Part shown: positions 19,314-29,572 of the stretch, piece after piece
How positions within the stretch are numbered: the stretch's first letter is position 1
How the letters are laid out: the number at the start of each line of letters is the position of its first letter
NCBI GenBank assembly: GCA_036302865.1
Contig: JAXJBU010000022.1
Span: 4,098 to 68,097 of the forward strand
Direction: 5' to 3'
Length of the DNA stretch: 64,000 bases
Source: Collinsella sp.
GTDB lineage: Bacteria > Actinomycetota > Coriobacteriia > Coriobacteriales > Coriobacteriaceae
The notes under the pieces: model-generated
Databases searched by the model: none
What the model was told of the DNA's origin: nothing
Seen by the model: only the letters and a program-made list of their open reading frames with translations
Program-made: the position numbers and the translations under genes

Positions 19314-20876
19314 CTACTTGCCGTCGTCGTCCTCGGCTTCTTCTCTTGCGTAGAGTTCCAGCATGCGGCGGCGGTATTCGTGCACGGCGAGCTTAGCGCG
19401 CTCCAGGCGACGGCGCTCGCGCGGAGTGAGCTTGGACGGGTCAATCTCGTCGCCATAGGTCTTCTCGGCCAGCAAATGAGCGGCGTCGACAATACGGGCA
19501 TCGATGCGCCCGCTTGCCGCTTCGGTCGAAAGATGATCGGCAATAGAATCAATCGTAGGCACGCCGTCGAGCGCACGACCGTGACCGTGTGAGGTCAACA
19601 ACTCGTGCTCACGCGCGAGCAGGCTCGCCAGGTCGTGATGGGCGCGCAGAATATCGAACGCGTCGGAAGGATGCTCGGCAACTTCTGCAACGGCGGCAAC
19701 CGGCGCGGCGTCGACCACGCGGTAGAAGAGCTGGGCGAGCAGCGGCATCAAGAATACCGTGATGGCACCGGCGGCAACCATGACCGAGGCGATATCCTGC
19801 GAAAGCGCTCCCGCGTTGACGGCCACACTCGTCACGGCAACGATGATCGGCAGCGCCGTAGTGCAGTACAGGGCCACGGTAATGCGGCCATACGCCGAGA
19901 CATCGCGCGTCTCGGGACAGATGCTCATGGAGACAAGAATGGGCACGGCGCGAATGATGAGCAGCGCCACGATAAAGCCCACGAGCAGCCCGGGGCGCGA
20001 CGCCACGGCCGTCAGGTCGATCTTTGCGCCCGATACGGTAAAGAACACCGGAATCAGAAAGCCGTAAGCCAGGCCATCGAGCTTGGTCTCGAGTGTATGG
20101 TTGCCCTCGGGGATGATATAGCGCAGGACAAAGCCGGCGGCAAAGGAGCCCAACACGATGTCGAGATCGAAGATGGCCGAGAACGCCACGAGCGTGACCA
20201 AGATGAGAACCGTCAAGCGCACGAAGGTCTGCGATGTGGTATCGGCGCGCTCCTCGACAAACGCAAAGAAACGGCTGCCGACGCGCTTGGAGCGGCTCGG
20301 AACCACGGCCAGCAACACGCAGACCACCGCAAACAGGCCCAGAATCACGAGCGTTTGGATGCCGGTGCGCGCAGAGAGCAGCACTGACATGGCAAGCACG
20401 GGGCCAAGTTCACCCCAGGTGCCGTATGCGAGAATCGAATCGCCCACGCGCGTGCCGGTAAGCGAGCGCTCGCGCATGATGGGCACGAGCGTGCCGAGCG
20501 CCGTCGAAGTTAGCGCGAGCGTCACGGCGATGCCGTCGAAATGGCTGACCGAGAACCACGGCGTGAAGCGCACGGCAAGCCAGGCGATGCCAAACGTGAC
20601 GACCCACGTCGCCATGCCGTAGCGCCCCTCGACGCCCGTGATGTTCTTGGGGTCGATCTCAAAGCCGGCGAGCAGGAACAAAAATGCCAAGCCGAGCTCG
20701 GACACGAGCGAGACCTCGGCATCCACATGGATGATGCCGAGCATATGAGGGCCCAACACCGCGCCGAACACGAGCAAAAAGACCGTCTCGGGGACGGGCT
20801 TTCTGGGAATCGCCGAGGCGATAAAGGGACTCGCAAAGGCCACGAGCGCGATGATGGCGAGCGAAACGAATGCCAT
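19314..20876 (-). CDS. Cation:proton antiporter (CPA2 / Na+/H+ exchanger family)
   Basis: About 12 TMs; LGP, AGFEID, TSTALG, GSFAAG, IPVFF. Confidence 0.85.
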   Translation of the reverse strand: MAFVSLAIIALVAFASPFIASAIPRKPVPETVFLLVFGAVLGPHMLGIIHVDAEVSLVSELGLAFLFLLAGFEIDPKNITGVEGRYGMATWVVTFGIAWLAVRFTPWFSVSHFDGIAVTLALTSTALGTLVPIMRERSLTGTRVGDSILAYGTWGELGPVLAMSVLLSARTGIQTLVILGLFAVVCVLLAVVPSRSKRVGSRFFAFVEERADTTSQTFVRLTVLILVTLVAFSAIFDLDIVLGSFAAGFVLRYIIPEGNHTLETKLDGLAYGFLIPVFFTVSGAKIDLTAVASRPGLLVGFIVALLIIRAVPILVSMSICPETRDVSAYGRITVALYCTTALPIIVAVTSVAVNAGALSQDIASVMVAAGAITVFLMPLLAQLFYRVVDAAPVAAVAEVAEHPSDAFDILRAHHDLASLLAREHELLTSHGHGRALDGVPTIDSIADHLSTEAASGRIDARIVDAAHLLAEKTYGDEIDPSKLTPRERRRLERAKLAVHEYRRRMLELYAREEAEDDDGK

Positions 20877-21060
20877 GTGATGCCTTTCTCTTGTTTGCGC
20901 TTCACTGTAGCACCCTCGCCGTCCTCCACGCGCCGCGAGCTGTCGTATCATAGTGAGGTTTACAAACATGTGGCTCAAGGCGACCGCGAGGCTTGCCCCG
21001 CAAACCGACCGCTGCCACATACCGTACCGTACGCCCAACCGATCAGGAAGGCAGGAACCA

Positions 21061-24000
21061 ATGGTCTCTCGTATCTACGTGGAGAAGAAACCCGGGTTCG
21101 ACGTCGAGGCTCAGCAGCTCAAGGGCGAGCTGACCGAGATTCTCGGCATTCAGGGCATCGAGGCCCTGAGGATCATCAACCGCTACGACGTCGAGGGCAT
21201 CGACGAGGAGCTCTTCCGCTCCTGCGTGCCGACCGTCTTTAGCGAGCCCCAGGTCGATGTGACCTATGACGAGCTCCCCGCAAGCGATGGCGCCGTCTTT
21301 GCCGTCGAATTCCTGCCTGGCCAGTTTGACCAGCGCGCCGACTCCGCTAGCGAGTGCGTGCAGCTCATCAGCCAGGGCGAGCGCCCCGCCGTGCGCTCCG
21401 CCAAGGTCTATATGATCTCGGGCGCTCTGGACGAAGCCGCCGTCGAGGCCATCAAGCACTACGTGGTGAACCCCGTCGAGGCGCGCATCGCCTCGCTCGA
21501 CCTGCCCGAGACGCTGTACATGGAGACCACCGAGCCCCAGCCCGTCGAGGTGCTCGACGGCTTCCGCGAGCTCGACGAGGCCGGCCTTGCCGCCTTTATC
21601 GCCGATCGCGGCCTTGCCATGGACGAGGCGGACATCGCCTTCTGCCAGCAGTACTTCCGCGATGAGGACCGCGACCCCACCATCACCGAGATCCGCGTGA
21701 TCGACACCTACTGGTCCGATCACTGCCGCCACACCACCTTCGGCACCGTCCTGGACGACGTGACGATCGACGACGCCGTGGTGCAGCAAGCCTTCGACCG
21801 CTACATGGAGATGCGCCACGAACTCGGCCGCGACGCCAAGCCCGTCTGCCTCATGGACATGGGCACCATCGGCGCCAAGTATCTTAAGAAGACCGGCATC
21901 ATGACCGATGTCGATGAGTCCGAGGAGATCAACGCCTGCACCGTCAAGGTGAAGGTCGATGTCGACGGCGAGGACCAGGACTGGCTGTTCCTGTTTAAGA
22001 ACGAGACCCACAACCACCCGACCGAGATCGAGCCCTTCGGCGGTGCCGCCACCTGCGTGGGCGGCGCTATCCGCGACCCGCTCTCGGGCCGCAGCTATGT
22101 GTACCAGGCCATGCGCGTCACCGGCGCCGGCGACCCCACCGTCCCGGTTTCCGAGACGCTCGAGGGCAAGCTGCCGCAGCGCAAGCTCGTGACCACCGCT
22201 GCCGCCGGCTACTCCAGCTACGGCAACCAGATCGGCCTTGCCACCGGTCAGGTTAATGAACTCTATCACCCCGGTTACGTGGCCAAGCGCATGGAAGTTG
22301 GCGCCGTCGTGGGCGCCACCCCGGCAAACCACGTTCGTCGCGAGTGCCCCGCCCCCACCGACAAGATCATCCTGCTGGGCGGCCGCACCGGCCGTGACGG
22401 CATCGGTGGCGCTACCGGCTCCTCAAAGACCCAGAACACCGAGTCCATCGAGACCTCGGGTGCCGAGGTCCAGAAGGGCAACGCCCCGGTCGAGCGCAAG
22501 CTGCAGCGTCTGTTCCGCCGCGGCGACGCCTGCCGTCTGATCAAGCGCTGCAACGACTTTGGCGCCGGCGGCGTCTCGGTCGCCGTGGGTGAGCTTGCCG
22601 ACGGCCTGTATGTCGACCTTGACACCGTGACCAAGAAGTACGACGGCCTGGATGGCACCGAGCTCGCCATTTCCGAGTCCCAGGAGCGCATGGCTTGCGC
22701 CGTCGCCGACGGTGACGTCGAGGAGTTCATGGGCTACGCCGCCGAGGAGAACCTGGAGGCAACCGTTATCGCCGAGGTTACCGCCGAGCCGCGCATGCGC
22801 ATGGCCTGGAACGGCGTCGCCATCGTCGACCTGTCCCGCGAGTTCCTCAACTCCAACGGCGCACCCAAGCACCAGGTCGCCCACGTGTGCGCCCGTAGCG
22901 TGTGGCAGCCCAGCTGGGCCGGCACCACGCTCGCCGAGCGCATGACCTCGCTCGTCACCGACCTCAACGTCGCTTCCAACAAGGGTCTTTCCGAGCGCTT
23001 CGACTCCACCATCGGCGCCGCGACCGTGCTCATGCCCTTTGGCGGCAAGACGCAGCTCACCCCCAGCTCGGCCATGGTCGCCAAGTTCCCCGTGGACGGC
23101 GAGACCACCACGGCGAGTGCCATGGCATGGGGCTTCAACCCCTATCTGATGGAGGCCGACCAGTTTGCGGGCGCCTACCTGTCCGTGGTCGAGTCCATTG
23201 CCAAGCTCGTTGCCGCCGGCTTTGAGCACAAGCGCGCCTATCTCTCCTTCCAGGAGTACTTCGAGCGTCTGCGCACCGAGGCCGAGCGCTGGGGCAAGCC
23301 CACGGCAGCCGTCTTGGGCGCCCTCATGGCCCAAGTCGACCTGGGTGCCGGCGCCATCGGTGGCAAGGATTCCATGAGCGGCTCGTTTGAGGACGAGACC
23401 GGCGAGCTCAACGTTCCGCCGACCCTGATCAGCTTCGCTGTCGCCGTGGGCAAGGCCGCCCGCGCCGTCTCGCCCGAGTTCAAGGGCCTCACGCACCGCG
23501 TCGTCCGCATCGCCCCCGCCACCTATGGCGAGGACTACCGCCCCGACGCTCAGCAGCTGCTCGCGGCGTTTGACGCCGTCGAGGCGCTCACTGCTACCGG
23601 CAACGCCCTGGCCATCTCCACGCCCGGCTACGGCTGCGGCGCCGAGAGCCTCTTTAAGATGTGCGTCGGTAACCAGATCGGTATCGAGCTTGCCGAGGAT
23701 GTAGACGTAGAGAGCCTCTTCACCCCGCTCTACGGCAGCTTTATCGTCGAGCTCGCCGAGGACGCCGAGCTGCCCGAGGTCGCCGACGGCGTTGTCGTCG
23801 AGCCCCTGGGTACCACCGTCGAGGGCTATGTCATCGACACCGGCTCCGAGGTCATCGAGCTCGCCAAGCTCCAGGAGGCCTGGGAGAGCGGCATCGAGGG
23901 CGTCTTCGCCTACCGCAGCGCCGGCGAGACCCCCGAGGTCGAGACCATCGACTTCCGCGCCAAGGATATCCACGTGTACGGCGGCGCCAAGATCGCCCGC

Positions 24001-24807
24001 CCGCGCGTGATCATCCCCGTGTTCCCCGGTAACAACTGCGAGTACGACAGCGCCCGCGCCTTCCGTGCCGCCGGTGCCGAGGCCGACACCTTCGTGATCA
24101 ACAACCTCACGCCCGAGGCCGTCGCCGAGAGCACCCACGAGCTCGCCCGCCGCATTCGTGCAAGCCAGATCGTCATGATCCCCGGCGGCTTCTCGGGCGG
24201 CGACGAGCCCGATGGCTCCGCCAAGTTCATCACGGCGTTCTTCCGCGCTCCCGAGGTCACCGAGGCAGTCCGCGACCTGCTCAAGGCCCGCGATGGCCTG
24301 ATGCTGGGCATCTGCAACGGCTTCCAGGCCCTGATCAAGCTCGGCCTGGTGCCCTACGGCGACATCGTCGATGCCACGCCCGATGCGCCCACGTTGACGT
24401 TCAACACCATCGGTCGCCATCAGAGCCGCCTGGTGCGCACCCGCATCTCGTCCAACCTGTCCCCGTGGCTGTCGCAGTGCAGCCTGGACGACCCCTACAC
24501 CGTCGCCATCAGCCACGGCGAGGGCCGCTTTGTCGCCAATGACGAAGTGCTCGCCCAGCTGATCGCCAACGGCCAGGTCGCCACGCAGTACGTGGGCGAG
24601 GACGGCAAGCCCAGCATGGATCTCTCCGTCAACCCCAACGGCTCCGCACTCGCCATCGAGGGCATCACGAGCCCCGACGGCCGCGTCCTGGGCAAGATGG
24701 GTCATGCCGAGCGCCGCGGCGACAACCTGTACCGCAACGTGCCCGAGCATGTCCCCGGCGATAAGTTCATGCCGATCTTTGAGAGCGGCGTGGCCTACTT
24801 CGCCTAA
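21061..24807 (+). CDS. purL: Phosphoribosylformylglycinamidine synthase, large fused form
   Basis: WSDHCRH, KNETHNHPT, DFGAGG, SESQERM; glutaminase GICNGFQ and MGHAER. Confidence 0.96.
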   Translation: MVSRIYVEKKPGFDVEAQQLKGELTEILGIQGIEALRIINRYDVEGIDEELFRSCVPTVFSEPQVDVTYDELPASDGAVFAVEFLPGQFDQRADSASECVQLISQGERPAVRSAKVYMISGALDEAAVEAIKHYVVNPVEARIASLDLPETLYMETTEPQPVEVLDGFRELDEAGLAAFIADRGLAMDEADIAFCQQYFRDEDRDPTITEIRVIDTYWSDHCRHTTFGTVLDDVTIDDAVVQQAFDRYMEMRHELGRDAKPVCLMDMGTIGAKYLKKTGIMTDVDESEEINACTVKVKVDVDGEDQDWLFLFKNETHNHPTEIEPFGGAATCVGGAIRDPLSGRSYVYQAMRVTGAGDPTVPVSETLEGKLPQRKLVTTAAAGYSSYGNQIGLATGQVNELYHPGYVAKRMEVGAVVGATPANHVRRECPAPTDKIILLGGRTGRDGIGGATGSSKTQNTESIETSGAEVQKGNAPVERKLQRLFRRGDACRLIKRCNDFGAGGVSVAVGELADGLYVDLDTVTKKYDGLDGTELAISESQERMACAVADGDVEEFMGYAAEENLEATVIAEVTAEPRMRMAWNGVAIVDLSREFLNSNGAPKHQVAHVCARSVWQPSWAGTTLAERMTSLVTDLNVASNKGLSERFDSTIGAATVLMPFGGKTQLTPSSAMVAKFPVDGETTTASAMAWGFNPYLMEADQFAGAYLSVVESIAKLVAAGFEHKRAYLSFQEYFERLRTEAERWGKPTAAVLGALMAQVDLGAGAIGGKDSMSGSFEDETGELNVPPTLISFAVAVGKAARAVSPEFKGLTHRVVRIAPATYGEDYRPDAQQLLAAFDAVEALTATGNALAISTPGYGCGAESLFKMCVGNQIGIELAEDVDVESLFTPLYGSFIVELAEDAELPEVADGVVVEPLGTTVEGYVIDTGSEVIELAKLQEAWESGIEGVFAYRSAGETPEVETIDFRAKDIHVYGGAKIARPRVIIPVFPGNNCEYDSARAFRAAGAEADTFVINNLTPEAVAESTHELARRIRASQIVMIPGGFSGGDEPDGSAKFITAFFRAPEVTEAVRDLLKARDGLMLGICNGFQALIKLGLVPYGDIVDATPDAPTLTFNTIGRHQSRLVRTRISSNLSPWLSQCSLDDPYTVAISHGEGRFVANDEVLAQLIANGQVATQYVGEDGKPSMDLSVNPNGSALAIEGITSPDGRVLGKMGHAERRGDNLYRNVPEHVPGDKFMPIFESGVAYFA

Positions 24808-24844
24808 ACCTTTCCCATCGGGTACAATCCCTTCGGGTAACAAC

Positions 24845-24882
24845 ACCCGCCACCGACACATCCGGTGGCGGGTTCTTTTTTT
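24845..24882 (+). terminator. Rho-independent terminator after purL
   Basis: acccgccaccg / cggtggcgggt followed by tcttttttt. Confidence 0.85.
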
Positions 24883-24907
24883 GCTTCGCGCATGTAGGAA
24901 GGACATC

Positions 24908-25843
24908 ATGGAAAGCCGCAAGCCGTATCTCGCCACCCTGCCCGGACTCATCCTGGGCTGTCTTGTTTGCTGTGCACTCTGGGGATCGGCCTTTCCCTGC
25001 ATCAAGATCGGCTACGCACTCTTTGGTATCCCGGCGCACGATAGCGCTTCGCAGCTGCTCTTTGCAGGTTTACGCTTTACGCTTGCCGGCGTCCTGGTTA
25101 TCGTTGGGATGAGCGCGGCCCAACGCCGCCCCCTCGTACCGCAAGCGCGCGACATCAAGCCCATCTTTGTCTTGTCGCTCTTCCAGACTATCGGGCAGTA
25201 CTTCTTTTTCTACCTGGGACTCTCGCGCGCCAGTGCCATGTCGAGCTCCATCATCGAGGCCAGCGCCAACTTCCTCGCAATCCTCTTTGCCGCCCTGGCA
25301 TTTCGCACCGAGAAGCTCAATACGGCCAAGGTGCTTGGCTGCGTGTTGGGCTTTGCCGGCGTCGCGCTTGTCAACCTTTCGGGCGCAGATGGCACCTTTG
25401 GCTTCACGCTCGATGGCGAGGGCTTTATCCTAGCCTCCACTGTCGCGGGCGCTCTTTCGACCTGCCTGATCGGCATCTTCTCGCGCAAGCACGACGGTGT
25501 TTTGCTTGCCGGCTGGCAGTTTTTAGTCGGCGGCCTGGTCCTCACCGCCATCGGCTTTTTGATGGGCGGCACATTGTCCCCCACCGAAGTCGCCCCCGCC
25601 ATCGCGCTCATCATCTACATGGCGCTTATCTCCGCGGTCGCCTACTCGCTGTGGTCGCGGCTGCTTGCCGTCAACCCCGTCAGCCGCGTCTCGGTCTTTG
25701 GCTTTATGAATCCAGTCTTTGGCGTACTGTTGAGCGCTCTGCTGCTCGGCGAGGGCGCTGGCACGAGCCCTGTTACCGTACTTGTTGCCCTGCTGTTGGT
25801 CTGCGGCGGCATCATCATCGTCAACAGGCCCAAAAAGGTCTAA
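24908..25843 (+). CDS. DMT/EamA family transporter
   Basis: LWGSAF, RFTLAG, two EamA-like repeats of about 10 TMs; start MESRK. Confidence 0.88.
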   Translation: MESRKPYLATLPGLILGCLVCCALWGSAFPCIKIGYALFGIPAHDSASQLLFAGLRFTLAGVLVIVGMSAAQRRPLVPQARDIKPIFVLSLFQTIGQYFFFYLGLSRASAMSSSIIEASANFLAILFAALAFRTEKLNTAKVLGCVLGFAGVALVNLSGADGTFGFTLDGEGFILASTVAGALSTCLIGIFSRKHDGVLLAGWQFLVGGLVLTAIGFLMGGTLSPTEVAPAIALIIYMALISAVAYSLWSRLLAVNPVSRVSVFGFMNPVFGVLLSALLLGEGAGTSPVTVLVALLLVCGGIIIVNRPKKV

Positions 25844-25943
25844 CGAACTACCCCTATTTAGCAGAGGGGGTTCACATGCTTTAGCTTAATGGAGTACATC
25901 GGAGAGCCGAGGGCCGCCACGCCCGCCAGCGTGCGCCCTTTTT

Positions 25944-27095
25944 CTAGCGTATCTGGGCGCCGGCTTTCTTCTTCTCGCGCTTTACGCGGTAGAGCTCCGC
26001 GTCGGCAGCACGAAGCAAGTCTTGCCAGGTATCGACGCCATCACCGACCCGTGCGTAGCCGATGGACATCCGCAACAGATACGGAACCTCGGCGCGCGCG
26101 AGCTCATCGTTGATTGTCGCACACAGATGCATGATATCCTGTTCCGCCACTGCCTTTTGGAGCACCACGAACTCATCGCCACCATAACGTGCGATAAAGC
26201 CGCCAGACGCCGAGCAGACTTCTTTGAGCGCAGCGGATATGACCTGAAGAGCGTGGTCGCCCTCCACATGCCCATAGCGATCGTTAATCTGCTTAAAGCC
26301 GTCGGCGTCCATCATAAGCAGATATACATCTTCGGCCTGATCCACATTTGAGAAGAGCGACAGCATATAGGTCTCAAAACGGTTGCGATTGTTAAGTCCA
26401 GTCAACGGGTCGGTCGAGATGAGCTGCTCCTGGTAGATGATGTAGAGCAGCAACATGCTAATCATTATGCCGACACAAAGGCCGGGCACCGAGTATACGA
26501 CCTGAAAGGTACCGCCCACCAGGGCCGGAATGGCGAAAAATGCCAAGGTTCGATAGATGGCCTTCGTCTGCAGGCTCTCGACCCTGCGAGATTGCACAAA
26601 TGCATGCAGGGACGTATGTATAACGTAACAGTAGCTGACGATGGGCTGGATCATATAGGCAAAGCCGCGACGATACACGCCCTGCGAATCGATATAGAAC
26701 AGGGCGTGCGTCCAGTAACTGGTAAACGCCAGCACGACCACCAGAGCCGTAGGCAACGCTACAAGCACCACCCTATAGCGCGAGGTCAAAAGGCGAGAAC
26801 CCTGCACCGTCTCGGAATAGATAAACCAAATGAGACACGCGATAGCAAAGAGCGAAAACGAAACCGCGTTGGAAATCCAGTTGGCAGCAATGCCCAACGT
26901 GCCGTCCACACCGTCCGAAAGCGTCCAGATCATATCGAATAATATGTACGCGGCAGAGGTGTAGCCAAGCATGCTAAACAATAGCTGCTGGGTGCTCGAG
27001 AACAAGGAGCGACGACTTCGCACGGCAAGCCCGATAAGAACAATCATGCATAGCACGAATATCTCAATCTTAAGTGCCTTAACCACTAGCGCCAT
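25944..27095 (-). CDS. Membrane-anchored GGDEF diguanylate cyclase
   Basis: About 7 TMs, then TDPLTGLNNR, DADGFKQINDRYGHVEGD, ARYGGDEF. Confidence 0.9.
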   Translation of the reverse strand: MALVVKALKIEIFVLCMIVLIGLAVRSRRSLFSSTQQLLFSMLGYTSAAYILFDMIWTLSDGVDGTLGIAANWISNAVSFSLFAIACLIWFIYSETVQGSRLLTSRYRVVLVALPTALVVVLAFTSYWTHALFYIDSQGVYRRGFAYMIQPIVSYCYVIHTSLHAFVQSRRVESLQTKAIYRTLAFFAIPALVGGTFQVVYSVPGLCVGIMISMLLLYIIYQEQLISTDPLTGLNNRNRFETYMLSLFSNVDQAEDVYLLMMDADGFKQINDRYGHVEGDHALQVISAALKEVCSASGGFIARYGGDEFVVLQKAVAEQDIMHLCATINDELARAEVPYLLRMSIGYARVGDGVDTWQDLLRAADAELYRVKREKKKAGAQIR

Positions 27096-27276
27096 CCCTT
27101 CAATACCCAAGTGGTCAGAATCGCCCAATTCGAATCAGGGCAATAAACACCCCTTAACTCCGCAGGGGTAAAGGGGATAATAGCAGAGCGCCCGAACATC
27201 ACTGCAAAACAGTTTCTGTTCGGGCGCCCATACGGCGCGAATTGCACACGCCGGCATCATTGATGGGTATCGATTG

Positions 27277-28299
27277 CTACTCGCCATCGATGTCAGTCGC
27301 GACGGCCTCCTCGATGGCCTCGACACCGACAGGCGACAGATCCTCCTTGCCTTGGCAGAACTTCTTGTCGACCCAGCCAGTCAGAATCGGAGCCATGATC
27401 GCCGTGATGATAACGGCGGTGGCGATCTGAACGTACGCGGTGGGCGCAAGCTCGGCGTAACGCGGTGCGACCTCGGCGAGGGCAACCGGTGTGGTCATAG
27501 CCGTGCCGGCAATGGTGGAGCAAGCCACAGCGGCCTTGCCATTGCCGCCGCACAGACGCTCGAACGCAAAGGTGATGGGACCGACGACAAACAGCGTGAC
27601 AAGGCCCAGCAAGATGCCGGAAATACCGCCGGTGATAAAGCTCGACAGGCTCATGGACGCACCGAGCTGAAATCCGATGACGGCAATCGCGGGATTGGCA
27701 CCGGGAACCAGCAGGTTCTTGATAAACGGGAACAGGTTGCCCAGAACCATGCCGATAACGAGTGGCAAGATGGAGCCGACAATGGTGCCAATGGGAATGT
27801 TGGCGAGGCCGGAAACACCGAGGATGATCATAGTGACGGCGGGGCCGGCCGTAAAGAACAGGATACCGACGGCGCCCTGCTCAGACTCATCACCGAACTC
27901 GCCCATGATGCCCGTATAGAGCGCCATGTTGCAAAACGTGATGCCGCCGATGATAGACACGGAGCTCAGACCCAGGAAGTTGTCGTTAAAGCAATATGCC
28001 ACGCCCAGGCCGAGAGCCGCTGCGACGACCAGCTTGGGAATCAGCACGACGATGCCGGTCTTGATAGCGCCCGGCGTGGACTTAAAGCTGATGCCGGCGC
28101 CCACAAACAGCAGGATCGCGGCGACGATGGTATTAGAGCCACCGCGGCAGGCAGCCGTAAAGAATCCGCCGATCTCAAAAACCTGCGGGCAGAAGGTGTT
28201 GAGCAAAAGACCGACGATCATCGGATAAATCATGATGTCGCCCGGGATGCGCGGGACCTTGAATTTCTTTTGCTCGTTGGTGGTTGCTTCCTGTGCCAT
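27277..28299 (-). CDS. kdgT: 2-keto-3-deoxygluconate permease family
   Basis: IPGxxMxxP, IGGFFTA, GP.VTM, STIAG..TP, TAIxxP motifs. Confidence 0.8.
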   Translation of the reverse strand: MAQEATTNEQKKFKVPRIPGDIMIYPMIVGLLLNTFCPQVFEIGGFFTAACRGGSNTIVAAILLFVGAGISFKSTPGAIKTGIVVLIPKLVVAAALGLGVAYCFNDNFLGLSSVSIIGGITFCNMALYTGIMGEFGDESEQGAVGILFFTAGPAVTMIILGVSGLANIPIGTIVGSILPLVIGMVLGNLFPFIKNLLVPGANPAIAVIGFQLGASMSLSSFITGGISGILLGLVTLFVVGPITFAFERLCGGNGKAAVACSTIAGTAMTTPVALAEVAPRYAELAPTAYVQIATAVIITAIMAPILTGWVDKKFCQGKEDLSPVGVEAIEEAVATDIDGE

Positions 28300-28440
28300 G
28301 AAACCCCCATTTCCGCTGACGGGATACAAAAGCCCACGTCACGCTTTGCTACAGTAAAGTTTGACCATGGTACCAGAAGAAATAGACCAGCTCGGTGAAA
28401 AATTGGATTCGTTGGCCGGGATGCTAAACGTGTCCCGCTC

Positions 28441-28764
28441 TTATACGAGGCTCAAAACGATGTAGAGCACGATGCCCGAAACACAGCACCACAACATCGA
28501 CTTTGTCCTGATTGCCACCACCACGACGCCGGCAGCCGCAATCCAGGGAACCAAGGCAGGCCAGAGTCCCGCGTCGAACGCCCCGGGGCTCACCAAGTCG
28601 TTGGCGACCAGCGCGGCAAAGGCAGCGGGCGGGATATAACCCAGGGCCTCGGTAATGCGGGGCGACAGCGTTCTCCCGCGCAAGGCAAACGCCGGCGCGA
28701 TGCGAAAGAACGCGATAGCAGCCCACGACGACAGCCACAGAACCAAGAACTCGTTAACGGGCAT
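28441..28764 (-). CDS. azlD: AzlD family membrane protein
   Basis: RxxP, LGYIPPAAFAALV; follows azlC. Confidence 0.8.
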   Translation of the reverse strand: MPVNEFLVLWLSSWAAIAFFRIAPAFALRGRTLSPRITEALGYIPPAAFAALVANDLVSPGAFDAGLWPALVPWIAAAGVVVVAIRTKSMLWCCVSGIVLYIVLSLV

Positions 28765-29446
28765 CGCGGGCACCTCTTCCGTCTAATACAGCATCGCACG
28801 CCAGCGCAATGGCAATGCCGACCACGACGCTTGCCGGCACGGCAATATTCGTGAGGCCCAAGAACTTGCATACGGCGACGGACACCGCGCCCGAAACCGC
28901 CGCGACAACGTTGCCGCGCGACAGCCGCTGCGAAAAGAGTAGACAGATAAAGAGCGACGTGCAGACAAAACTCGCAATAGCGGTGGGAACATCGACAACG
29001 GCACCGACGATGGCACCCATCGTGCACGAAGCGCCCCATGTCGCGATGAGGATCACGTTGAGCACGAAGGATTCGCGCGGGCCCCAATCCTCCCCCTCAA
29101 CCAGCTTGGCAAGCGAGATGCCGTATGCCTCCTCGGTAAGCGTCGCGGCAACAGCCAGCGTCTGACGCTTCGAGGCACCCGTCAGATGCGGAGCGATCGA
29201 TGCCGAGTAAAGCGCAAAGCGCGAGGAGATTGCGGCGACGCTCGCGACGATCGACGCCGCAGGCACACCTGCCAGCCACAGATTGCAGATCATAAACTGC
29301 CCGCTGCCCGTCACGAACGTGCTGCTCAGAGCAAAGACCATCCAGGGTTCCATTCCCGTCTGCCCCATGATCATTCCGCACGGCGCGCCTATTGCAACAT
29401 AGGTAAGCATCACTGGCCAGACGGTTCTAACGATTTTGAGCACCAT
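28754..29446 (-). CDS. azlC: AzlC family branched-chain amino acid exporter
   Basis: GSGQF, RFALYS, LTEEAY motifs; start uncertain. Confidence 0.82.
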   Translation of the reverse strand: MVLKIVRTVWPVMLTYVAIGAPCGMIMGQTGMEPWMVFALSSTFVTGSGQFMICNLWLAGVPAASIVASVAAISSRFALYSASIAPHLTGASKRQTLAVAATLTEEAYGISLAKLVEGEDWGPRESFVLNVILIATWGASCTMGAIVGAVVDVPTAIASFVCTSLFICLLFSQRLSRGNVVAAVSGAVSVAVCKFLGLTNIAVPASVVVGIAIALACDAVLDGRGARDAR

Positions 29447-29572
29447 ACGCTTCTCATCCTGATAAAGTCTCCGAGCCGCATGTAGCGACACGGCAGAATC
29501 ATCATCCGACAGCAACCGAGTTCACCTACAATTGCCACCGGATCGAAAGACACAACTTTTTAGGAAGTCATT

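Noticed and set aside
20880..21060. Known purine, ZTP or PRPP riboswitch upstream of purL
   Set aside because: Consensus elements were not found by eye; kept only as an unclassified candidate leader.
22423..25005. 860-aa minus-strand ORF (similar long ORFs at 11607-13883, 44632-46560, 50891-52885, 2489-3973, 46696-48078)
   Set aside because: These are antisense shadows of well-supported genes, expected from high GC3 codon bias; they contain no recognisable motifs.
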